NCBI GenBank assembly: GCA_964234715.1
Contig: OZ174278.1
From: Podarcis melisellensis
Taxonomy: Eukaryota
DNA: 64,000 bases
Reading direction: 5' to 3' (one strand)
In this document: positions 1-11,190 of the stretch, piece after piece
How the letters are laid out: each line of letters opens with the position of its first letter
Numbering within the stretch: position 1 is the first letter of the stretch
Notes under the pieces: model-generated
Database searches by the model: none
Told to the model about the DNA's origin: nothing
Seen by the model: only the letters and a program-made list of their open reading frames with translations
Translations under genes and position numbers: made by a program

Positions 1-1363
1 GTTCTAGATCTGCTAAATACACCAATCTACAGAACATTGGTAGGAGGATTGCAGCTAGGGAAGCTTCTGTTGGAAAGTAGATACTACAGAAAGAACTGTA
101 GTAGCCTTTCTTCACTGCTTTTGGGCACTTTGCAACAGTGAAGGGTGGTTGCAGGAATGTTACACATGGCCACAGTATAATGCAAAATTTAGGGATGGAG
201 AGATTTGTTCAGTTCATATGTTAATCAATACACAGACTGAAACACAACCCTCCTTCAAACCCTGTGCTTCTCTGAATTTTGCAATGCAGTTTTCCAATGA
301 CAACAAAATGCACAAATAATAACTACCTAAATATGTTTACACCTAGGTTCTATCAATATGGTCTGCTGAGATGGCATGCTGTATGGCTTCCACCCAGGTA
401 ACTACTGCAACATTTTGTGCTTGGCCAATTGAGAATGTTTTGCTGTCATGTTGCATATTCATTATTCTTTTATTAACAGGCTGCTATGAATATGAGGCAT
501 ATGAAGTTATGTGATGGTAAGTCATTTCTGTGGCATGTTAGATGCCACTCTGCAATCTCTCTGAGATTACCCAAGTTTCACCACCCCTACCATGATCATC
601 TGGGTGATTATATGGCATAACTGCACAGCATCATCAAACTATTGTGTCTATCATCAGCCTAACAACAATTCATGTTTCTGTGACTGTTTGCCCTCCACAC
701 TTCTTGAGATCCCCACTTGGAACACATTTTCCATGGCAGTGTGGCTCACAGAATCAAGCTATTGCTTGTCATATAATTGTGGATTTTTAGCTTTCTGATG
801 GGCAAGAAGCAAAATGTCAAAACAGAAATCCACTACACACAATGATATACTGTTAGAATATAGGTCTTGGGAACACAGTGGAGCACAAGAGTTTTATATT
901 GATTCTGAAATTTGATTCCAAGAGCAGACCTACACATTCATAAGAATCATGAGATCTAGCCCTAGACAGACTGCACCACTTCAGAATGCAGGTGGGGGAA
1001 ACGACTTTACTGAGTATTTCTCCATGCCAAAGACTCCCTTTCTTAAGAAATGTAGCCTTGCATTCTAACTTTGCCTCCTTGCTGATTAGTTCTGATGCAG
1101 AAAAGCATTGAGTTATGAAGCTGTTCCACTTGCACTCTAAAGCAATAAAAGAAATCATGGAAGACTGTGCTGTAACAGTGTCCTACATGTGTAGAGTTAA
1201 AGGGCATTTTGATATGTTCTCAGTATAAAAAAAACTGATCTCACTGGACTAAGTATGTTAAATGCCCCTTTATAGTTTGCTCTTCTTTTTATCCAGAAAA
1301 TGTAACAACACTAACTCAAAAAAATTATCTTTTAAAATACACTACATAGCTTGAAACGTTCAA

Positions 1364-1369
1364 TTTATT
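1364..1369 (-). terminator. Candidate polyadenylation signal AATAAA downstream of miR-221
   Basis: The minus strand reads AATAAAttgaacgtttcaagctatgtagtgtatttt...tttttttgagttagtgttgtt, a hexamer plus a GU/U-rich downstream element. Confidence 0.4.
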
Positions 1370-1557
1370 CTTCAAAAGAGAAAGTTACTAAGATTAAAAG
1401 AACACCAATGAACGAAAGAAAGGCTTTAAACCATTTCACAGGAGAAGTAATCGCAACATGACATTTTTCATATACAACTCAACTTTATTTCACAATTAAA
1501 AATAGGCAGAAGGATGCAAAATACAATGGATGTCAGGTACAAATTTGCTTTGCAATT

Positions 1558-1642
1558 TCCAAGCAGCCTGAAACCCAGCAGACAATGTAGCTGTTGATTA
1601 ACAAACACAGAATTCTACATTGTATGCCAGGTTCAGGCCCCA
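1558..1642 (-). ncRNA. MIR221: pre-miR-221 hairpin (3p mature 1592-1570; 5p ~1632-1611)
   Basis: The minus strand reads ACCTGGCATACAATGTAGAATTCTGTGTTTGTTAATCAACAGCTACATTGTCTGCTGGGTTTC. The 3p arm AGCUACAUUGUCUGCUGGGUUUC is the canonical miR-221-3p. The arms are complementary and there is an apical UGUG motif. Confidence 0.98.
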
Positions 1643-2344
1643 AGACTGGCTGCTCCTCTTTGATATGTTACTAAATCAATACTAAAATTGATGGTGCCCA
1701 CCCAAATAGCATATGGAGGGGATCAGTGAACTACTACTAAAAATAGTGGAGATCACTATGCTCACAATCCAGTCTACTGTGGCTTCCCATTCAATGCCCC
1801 TCGGCTTTCCATTGAACAGAGCCCTGCTGGGAACCCCCAGACGCTGCTGTGCACAGGTTCAAATGTCACATTTTAGCAAGTGTGCCCAATATAAGTGTGA
1901 GCCAGATTACATTATTACATGTCTCAAACAAAGATACATTTTGCTTCTGAGCTGAATAAAAAGAACACAGTTGCAAAGTCTTATCGAAGTTCATTTGGGG
2001 AAACATATTGTTACAAAGAATTCCTGCTTGACTGTATGATATTTAAACAACAGACTGCGATTATTGTTAGAGACAGCAGCTGGTTGCTGTGCATTTTGCC
2101 TAGAATTAGCTACTGTTTATTGTAAATCGTGATCGTTTCTATAATAAAATTATAGGCCTCTACATGAAAGGCCTCCTTAAATCCAATCAGAAACATAAAA
2201 GCCTTTCACTGGAAAGTGGGATCATTTTATTGAAAACCATTTCTAGACATAGCTCTGGACATTACTGAATAATTTTATTTTGTATCATGGAAAAGTAACA
2301 GCAGTTCAAGGTATCCAAATAGTCATCAGTGAAGAGATGCCACA

Positions 2345-2430
2345 AGATGTCTTCAGAGACCCAGTAGCCAGATGTAGCTGCTGATTGAGAAAACAGAATC
2401 TACACTGACTACTGAGCGACTGAGGAGCAA
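2345..2430 (-). ncRNA. MIR222: pre-miR-222 hairpin (3p mature 2379-2356; 5p ~2418-2396)
   Basis: The minus strand reads CGCTCAGTAGTCAGTGTAGATTCTGTTTTCTCAATCAGCAGCTACATCTGGCTACTGGGTCTC. The 3p arm AGCUACAUCUGGCUACUGGGU is the canonical miR-222-3p. A CNNC motif (CATC) lies 17-20 nt past the 3' end. It sits about 720 nt upstream of miR-221, the order and spacing known for the cluster. Confidence 0.98.
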
Positions 2431-2579
2431 CTAAAATTTCTGGACCAACAGCACCTCCACCATTACGCCAAACCTGTGGAAAAAGAATAAGAAGTAATTA
2501 TCTAGATTTTGTATATTGGTAAAAGAAACAAAAGCTAAACACAAACCTCAAACCCACCACTCCACACGTTTTTAAAGAA

Positions 2580-4250
2580 TTACACATTCCCTCACACTCA
2601 GGCATTGCAATAAGGCTTGCTAAGTTAGGTAACTTTGATTAGATCCTTTAGGAAGCACATTTGGATGTCTTAACATCTCCTCCATATAAGGAAATCCATA
2701 ACACGTCATAGTAAAAAATAATTCTTATACCAAATTATCATGTTTCAGTGATGTATAGAAAGGAAATGTCATCAGAAACCCACCAGCCAGATATATATAT
2801 ATAACTGTTACCTGTTTTGCAAAATACAAATCCTAGTACTTGTTCTTACAATCAACATGGCACCATATTAGACCAAAATCTCAATATAATATAAACAAGG
2901 CAAAGGAAAGGGAAGGGGTGAAAGAGGGCAACTACTTTAAGATTAATCTACATTTCTTTTTAAACAAACCACTCATTGAATATACTACATAGTAATCAAT
3001 TGTGTACACATCACCTGAAGTAATTTCCAAGCACTTGCTAAGGCAGATCGTACTCAGTTTTTAAAAGATATTCAATAAAGTTATGCAATTTAGCACTTGC
3101 AATTACTTGTGTTGTAGAAAGCTTTCAAAATCAGTAATAATTTTAAGAGATTTGAAATATTATCTACATCCTATAATCTAACCTACAATTATTCACCCAA
3201 GGGGATTCCCTACACAAACTAACAAATTCTAATCTTCCAGATTTCTTTCATATCATTTGCCGCTCCCACATTTTCAGATTCAGAAATATAAAATTGAATG
3301 TGGCAGTATTTGTTTTTATAATGGATGTTGCTACTGTTCTAACTTTTAGCAACTGATGAACCAGCTAAGTTAAAAACAAGACAACTAAAGAGTGGGTACT
3401 CATTCTCTGTTTCATTCATTGGTTTAAGTTGGGGAGTTTTGCAAGTGCTTAAGTTTGACTGGATTGTGCCCATAAGGTGTTTGTTCTGAAACCCTTAATG
3501 TCTAATCTCTGCGTAAGAAGAACCTACCAACATCTAGTCCAGCAGCTTGTCCTCACAATGGCTTTACAATGCTTTGGGTCTACATTATAATTTGCACTAG
3601 TCAGATTTGAGGAGTTACTTTGTGAAGCTAGTCAGATTCACTAAGTAGTTACTTATAGCCATAGGATAATTCATATTGTTGAACCAATAAGAGCATCCAA
3701 TGGAATAAAAAACAGGTCAGCAAATAAAATTATTTTAAGAGACACTCCACACACACACACACAGACACACACACACACACACGTACTCATTTTCCTGTAT
3801 ATTAGTCTCAATTGTAATAAATGAACATGACTGTGTGCCTGGTCAGGCCTAACAGAGCAAGGGTTTAAGATTCACTACATCATGATACACAAAATCCTCA
3901 AACCTGGCTAAATAGTTGAGATTCAAGCAAATATTTCCTGCTGCTATTCTAACAAGAGCTGGAAAAAAACAAAGTCGGAAAAGATGTGCATAGCTTAAAT
4001 GAGGGGAGGGGAATCAAATCCAGAGCACCCTTAATAGGCTCCTTTTTAAGCTAATAAGATGTCTCATTAACAAACAGAGAAGGAGACTGCACCCAAGAGA
4101 AGGTCAAATAAATATTAAGCAAAATACAACATCATTATTGTGCAACAACACAAAGGCAGCTGACTCAAGGGCTTGTGAGTCACATCCCAACACACTCAGG
4201 CCTGTTCTAGCCTGAATCAAAGCACAAGTTTGCCTGGTGTGATTTAATGT
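2580..4250. promoter_or_regulatory. Proximal enhancer or promoter cluster just upstream of miR-222
   Basis: CArG boxes CCATATAAGG 2682-2691 and CCTTAATAGG 4029-4038, a kB site GGGGATTCCC 3201-3210, and paired AP-1 sites TGACTCA 4161-4167 and TGAGTCA 4176-4182. Confidence 0.5.
3748..3782. repeat. (CA)n microsatellite
   Basis: Directly visible, with one interruption. Confidence 0.95.
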
Positions 4251-6259
4251 TCTTAAAACTGATCAATCAAATGTACATTAGACTGATGCACACATCAGGT
4301 GTTTTTTTTTTAATAAATCTGGGGTGGTGGTGGAAACAATTAAAATGTATGAATTATGTACACACACATAAAGAAAAACAGGGAGAACACAGTTTCCTGC
4401 TTGAACTGCCTTAAGTAAATACAGCAAACAGACACACTTAAACTTTGGAATTAAAAAGTTCATTTGGAAGGGCAATCTGCTGCAATTAATTGTAATTATG
4501 ATGGCTCCAAAAACTACTTTACAGTACTGGCTTCTTGAATGAATAAAACTGTTGCACCCGAAGTGTCTGCCAACCCACCAGATTCCTACCACTTCTCACT
4601 GCCAGCTCTCTATGCAACCCTATTGCATGAACAAAGCTCCCCCCCCCCAACACTGAAGTGGACAAGCCACTGCTTGTATATGAGCTGTACTTATATACTT
4701 TGGACCTCTAGCAAAGCTTGCAATCACTATGAATGGCAAACACCTTAGAAGTCTTACAGAACTTCACATACATTACAACAACCCTGTGAAGCAGGTCACT
4801 TACTGCCCACATATTATATAGACTGGGACCAGAGGCAAAAATAACAGTGAGCCCAAGGGCAGTTAGTGAGTTTGTGGCTGGGGTAACATTTGAAATGGGA
4901 ACCTCTCAGCTCACATCTGGAGCTAAATGTGGTATTGGAGCAAATGATAATTAAGTCACCTGTTTCTTTAAAAAAGTAAGTTGAACAGCATCCAGGGGGA
5001 ACTACAGTGCTGGGTGAATGGGGCACATTAATTCCCCACCGTTTCCCAAGCTGCTATTTTTCCCAAGGGCACCTGTATGTTTTGCCACATAAGGGTTTTC
5101 CAAATAAAATCTCCCCTAGGAAGATATGATTAGCACCCCCATTACCCTCTAGTCCAAACTAGATATGACCCTGGTTATTACTGCACTCCCAGCATTATAT
5201 CTAGCTGTTCCCTTAGCCACTACGTTACACGAGCTTTCATTACATAGGTCAGCTAAGCAAGAGTACAGTATACGGTTGCCACCTGCCAGATTTCAAACAA
5301 GCTGCCACCCAGATTTTATTTGTAATTCAGCCTCAAGTGTGTGAAGCAAAGGGTAAATATTAGGTTTTGCAAACATTAAAAAGGTATATATACAAATAAA
5401 CTGTGGCTTTTTTCTCTTCCCTGAAAGAGAGCTGGATTCACAATGTACCAGAGATATGCTAAAGGCAAGAAATGTATCAAATCTCTGTGAGATTCTGCCC
5501 ACCTCTCTATTCTTTGTTTATTTGTCATCTTGGCTTCAGTAATGATTTTATTGTTGTAAGGAAGAAGGTAATGTTGACGGGGGAGCTTATAAATGGAAGG
5601 CTGCAACATCCACAGTGGCCAGTAAACCCTGGGGTCCTGCTGCCGACTGGGGACATGGAGGTTTCTCCCTTCCCACGCCAGGTATTGCAGCTACGTGCTT
5701 ACCCTGCAACCGAGGGAGGGGGACATGAACCCACCCACTCTTTGCTTTCATTGTGCACAGCCAGGCACATGTGCAAACTCCACACCTTGTTCCTCTACAT
5801 GCACTTGGCAAGAGTAAGGGTATGTTACTTAGATGAAGAAGCACACATGAAGCATTAACTCCTTTTATACTTGCATTATGCAATATTTAGGAAATTTTGT
5901 TTCTTAGTTCAGGAATTCAGCTAAACAGATTACTGTGTGGAAAATGCACAAGACAACACTCATCTAGACCAGTAGGAGGGTGCAGATTGCATGAATCATA
6001 GATGTAGCTTCCCCCCCCCTTCCTTCCAAAACAAGACGACATTTTTGTACAACTTTGTGTTATCACAGATGTGAGCTACCAGTTGAAACCTGGGTGCCTA
6101 ATTAAAGCACATTCTTGCAAACTTGATTTGCTACTGTTACATACTGAACTAAGAGCCTGCATACCTTAAGAAAGGATCTATGATTTTTGTAATGATTCCA
6201 GCTCTTGAATAGCTGAAACCCTGTGACTGTATTGGTCATACACACTCCTAACAGCTGAT

Positions 6260-6345
6260 GGTCACTTGACTCACACTAATTAATAAAGTGCTCCATAAAA
6301 TAAGTTTCAGATTGAACTAAATGTAGCCAGGGAAATTCCTGTCCA
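6260..6345. promoter_or_regulatory. AP-1 plus NF-kB motif pair
   Basis: TGACTCA 6267-6273 and GGGAAATTCC 6330-6339. Confidence 0.35.
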
Positions 6346-7741
6346 AGGCACTTTTAATCACTCTGCCAGATAATACTAGTATGAGCAGGCCTGAAGAGGT
6401 GGGTGGCTGGCACAACGCTCTAGAGCGAGTTCCCAAAGGCAAAACCACTGGCATGCCCATAAAGACAGACTCAAACTAGTTTTAATTGCTGATAAACGTA
6501 ATTAAGTAGCTACCTTTATCCTTGGTTATCAATAGGAGGTTCCCTGGAGGTTTGTAAACGATACTTGCAAGCAAGCTTGACAAAATATTTCAGATTCCTT
6601 AGGCACCAACATAATTTTTTTAGGAATTAACTTTACAGAGAACTCAACATGGCATCAAATTCCTGGGCATCAGGTATCTGGGCTTCTTCCAGCTCCACTA
6701 CAGATCACAAATACGTCAAGACCGTGCAGCATGCTACTTTTTTCTGTTGATGAAAACTCATTTTGTCTGGCAGTAGTGGGCAAACAGCAGCAGCCTTAAC
6801 CAATATGACCTATTACATCAGTTGAACACTGGAAATACAATATATAATATATAGATGTGGTGCAACATGCTGTGGCTCACCACTTCCCACCCCCAATATA
6901 TCCAATATCCTGAAAATCCATGGGCCACAGTCTAGGGAAAGACAAAACTTTCTGTCTCAGTGTATTTCCATTTCCTAGTAATATATGTGTGACATTGCTG
7001 CTTTAATGCTAGATATCAGCACTACATTTATAAGGCTCTCTAAGAGCCAGGTATGTTGCTGTGAGAGCTGCAGAAAAGATGAAGGCGGCAAATTTGGATA
7101 CTTATTTTTCCAACGCATCCTTGCAGCTCATTGGGTATGGGTGGCTGAAAATATATAAAGCATGTACCAGAAGCAGCTGCTTGCCTAGTTTGGAAAGTAT
7201 GCATTAGACCAATTTCATAAAAATCACCCTACATCTTATGAGTCCATTCCATAGACAAGATTTTCAAGACTTCAGTACCACAGCCTATCAGGTAAGATAT
7301 AATTTCATAATATTTATATACTGCTTGATTGTAGAACAAAAACAGCACAAAGCTGTTTACAAAAAAATGGCTTACATCCCATGTCTCTCCATAGTTCTTC
7401 TTCACATTGTATTTCCACTGAAAATGCAAGAAACAGAAGGTGCTCATATGCCCTGTTCCTCCATTCTCCTCCAGGCTGTAATGTATGCAGCCAACCTTAA
7501 TCAGAATGGACATTTGTGTGAACTGTCCCCACTATAGGTGCCAACTTCTAGGGACCAAGGTCCCTTCACCACCACCACCCCCAAGTTGAGGGGCATTGCC
7601 ATTCCAATGGTATGCATGTGCTGTGTCTTGTGCTTATGCAGGATGGGGCTATCCAAGTTGGTACCCCTGCTCCCCACATCTGGGACACAGGTATCTTCTC
7701 TTGGAGTAGGTGTGCAACTTTCTGTGTTATATGGTAAAGAA

Positions 7742-7743
<2 letters not shown>

Positions 7744-7786
<43 letters not shown>
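7744..7786. repeat. (AG)n microsatellite
   Basis: Directly visible. Confidence 0.97.
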
Positions 7787-7788
<2 letters not shown>

Positions 7789-8671
7789 CAAGTCATTCAT
7801 CATTTTACTACTGCTCCTCCACCCAGAGTACATTGCTAAAATGCAAAGATAAGCCAAGTAAGGGCATTATATGCTTGATCCTCTGAAACTATGGGTTCAT
7901 TTAAAACTCTGTGAGCTGAATAGATAGGAATGTCACTGAGGAACTTAATCTAGCATTCTGCCAAAAAAAGAAAAAGAAAATCTTGCTTTTTAAACTGGTG
8001 AAAGCTTCTTGATAGACAAGAGAAAGGTGCTGACTCCAGAAAAGATTACAACAGTAAATAAAACATAGTAAATAAAACAGGAGTGATGACATAAAGGTGT
8101 GGTCCAGTGTGAGAACATGGTTGAGCAGCAGTAACTCCAAATCGCAAGTGCCAATGACTTTATGAGCCCCAGGCAAACCTTTAACATCTCTGCCAAACTT
8201 ACCAACCAGGGCAACGTTTCCTTCACAGGATCTTAGAGTCACATCAAGATTCCTCGTGGGAGAGGAGCTAACATTCCCACAGATTTATCCAATACTTGCA
8301 ATTGATGGGTAGCTTAAAAAGGTTAAGCAACCAACCACAATCCTCCTAGAAGCCACCTCAGAGTCAGGATCATTCCAAGATGCACCCAGTTTAATAACAT
8401 TAGCAAGCACAGTAATTTATCATTACAACAGATCAGGGAGTACTTTGAAAATTCCTAAAGCATCTTGTGAGTACAGTCCACTTCTCACTTCTAAAAACTT
8501 GAGAAATTTCCTTGCGATGCTCCTTAGCTTTCAGTTTACTGTAAGCTAAATTTCCCCCCTTGCAGAATTTAGCAGACATGGTATCATCAAAAACTCCACT
8601 TCCCTACCCTCCTCTTAAACCTCACCTGCCTTTTTCCCTTTAGCATTCTGCTTCCTGGGTTCAGAATAATA

Positions 8672-8830
8672 GTAATATAATAATTTATTACTTATACCCC
8701 ACTCACCTGACTGGGTTGCCCCAGCCGCTCTGGGCAGTTTCCAACATAACACAGCAAAACATCATACATTAAAAAAACTTCCTGATACAGGACAGCCTTC
8801 AGATGTCTTTGGCAAGTTGTGTAATAGTTT
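8672..8830 (-). mobile_element. 3' end of a squamate L2-type LINE
   Basis: ttataccc...ctgggttgccccagccgctctgggcagtttccaaca...gccttcagatgtctt resembles the common lacertid LINE 3' terminus with an (AAT)-type tail. Confidence 0.6.
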
Positions 8831-10499
8831 ATTTCTTAATAACCCCAATACATAAAGGCAGTAAGCGACAGGTTCCAAAAATTTTGTAAGCTAGATAAAG
8901 ACTCAGTTTTTAAGAAGATTGTAGATAAATATTCTAATCTTGTTAAGGTTACCTAAATAAATATTTAGCTCTCAGCCTATCAATTTTCCAATGGCAACAG
9001 AATACGTATATTGACAAGGTAATCCTCATTTGCTGCAGGCATTTTAAAAGCTGACTAGAGTATACAGCAATATCAATATCTAAATGCCTCTCACTGCTAA
9101 AAGGAAATCTGTAAATTTGATGCAACTGTGGGAAAAGTGCAGGTTTGAGGTAGATAGTTTTATCTCAAAGCTTGCCTAGGAGACCTTCTTTGTGTATTAC
9201 TAGAGACTTGTTTCCAGCTATGATTAATAAAACTAGAGTCAAATAAATACAAGGATGAACCAGAGACCTGAGGGTTTTTAACTGTTTAGGTTTTCCAGCA
9301 GGAGGGGTCAATAAAAGCTGTTCATTAGTGTGATACAGGAGCCCTTTTCTAACAACAAGCTAGGGATAGGATCATACACAGGTGGAAAGAGAATGCTGAG
9401 AGCATCATAATGGTGGTAGGCTCCAACCATGACCTATGCACATTTGTTCAAGTTCTGATTAGATTCTGTTTTTCAGCATTCCCAATCATTTGGTGATCAT
9501 ACATGTATTCTGGTACATGCATAGGAGATACCTCACTGTGAGTCCTACAAGACTGGCTCCTTGCTCCTCTGGCCCATCTCCATGTGGGGCTTTGACTGCC
9601 CCCAGTTACAAGGTCTGCTTCTGTTGCTCATTATATCTACAGACCATTGGGGTGGGCTACTGCTCTAGAATTCTTGCAAGGGCAAGTTTTCATTTTGGAT
9701 TTCATTCTGGTTTTTCTAAATATTTTTTATTAATTTTCATAAACAGTAACCAATCAAAGCCGTAAGAGATAGCCACAGGAAAGAAGAGTTAGCAAAATAT
9801 TGGTTTGTTTTTGCTGCTAATCTGGGTTACTCTTGAATTGTTTGATTTTACTGTATATTTGTTAATATGAAATGTTTTCATTATTTCATTGCTTATATGA
9901 CTATTTGATTTTTATGTACTGTAAAAGCTACTGATTTATGCGAAACATTTTGATGCTGTGAGACACCTTGAGCATGGTTTACTGTGGAAAGACAGCATAT
10001 AAATAAATGATGATGATCTTGAATGAACAGGGTCAGGGACAAAACTTGTGATCCCACTCCCTTCCATCTATGTGAATGGATATCCTCAATTTGTTATCTG
10101 AAAAGGGCTAACTTCATTTCTAAAGATGACCAGCAACTGCATCCTGCACAGCACTGAGTCTGTATCAATTTTGGTGGCTGCTACCATGAAACTATCAATA
10201 AACTCTCCAGAGATATAGTAAAGAAGTAGTGTACAGTAGCAAGGCAATATTAATGCCAAGCCCTCAAATTAGCAGCCACTAAGCAATGCAAACTCAAATG
10301 ATGAAAAGTCATGCACATTTTGTATTTTATTGAAATATACAAAACACTCGCTGCCTATTGAATGTTTCCCTCTCAGGCGGATGGTAAAAAAGTTTAGACT
10401 TATTCCCATTAACTTCTCATTATTCTATGGCTAGGAAATTATTGATGAAAGGAAAAAATAATAATTCATGTAATTATATGGGGATGCAGAAACAGGAGA

Positions 10500-11190
10500 A
10501 TATCATTTCCAATAGCCATTACAATCTGTATGCTTGCTCTCTATAGTCATAGAAGCCAATGAGAAATCCTGAAGACAGGAACAATGGAGGACAGAAAGCT
10601 CAAATAGATTCACCACATAAGCAGAACACATGGGGGGAGGCATGTGAAAAGGTGTAGAGATATTGACAGGGGCAGAATGTATCACGGGATAAGTTCAATA
10701 TGTGGGTTGAATTTAGAAGACAATGTTGAGGCTTTTGGCACGAGCAGTGAAATTTTCCTAACACTGTTAAGAATAATTTTCAAAGATGGTAGAAACAGTA
10801 TTTGCTGAAAGATGACCTGGTAGGTGTAAGAAATTTCAGCAAGCCCACACAGTATGGGGATGGAGGAGGGAAGAAGATGCCTAGAGATGGAGCATTGCAA
10901 GGACTGAAAAAACAGTGATTAAAAAAACAGCTACAAAGAAATTACTGGGAAAATGGCATTTGAAGTGAATGAAGCAGAAGGAAGAAGACTAACCCAAGAA
11001 TAGGAATAATAAAAGGTAGAAGGAGATAAAGGGGGGGACGCAAAAACATTGAGTTGACAGTTGGCTGCAGCATCAAAGAGGCTTGAGAACATGAATTCAT
11101 AGCCAATGGTGATGTCCCAATTTCAACCTTTCCTCAAGCCAAGCTCAGCAGCACAGTTGCAGTAATAAAGAGGTTAGAATCAATGTGTGG
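10500..11190 (-). mobile_element. Ancient, highly decayed L2-like RT fragment
   Basis: Purine-rich plus strand. Minus-strand translation gives remnants resembling L2 ORF2, with many stops. Confidence 0.35.

Larger units (their letters stand above)
1345..2473 (-). ncRNA. Putative terminal exon of the miR-221/222 host transcript (MIR222HG-like pri-miRNA)
   Basis: Strong acceptor on the minus strand, ttacttcttattctttttccacag|GTTTGG (AG at 2475-2474). It contains both hairpins. AATAAA occurs at 1489-1484 and 1369-1364, and the second is followed by a GU/U-rich tract. The 3' end is approximate. Confidence 0.65.
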
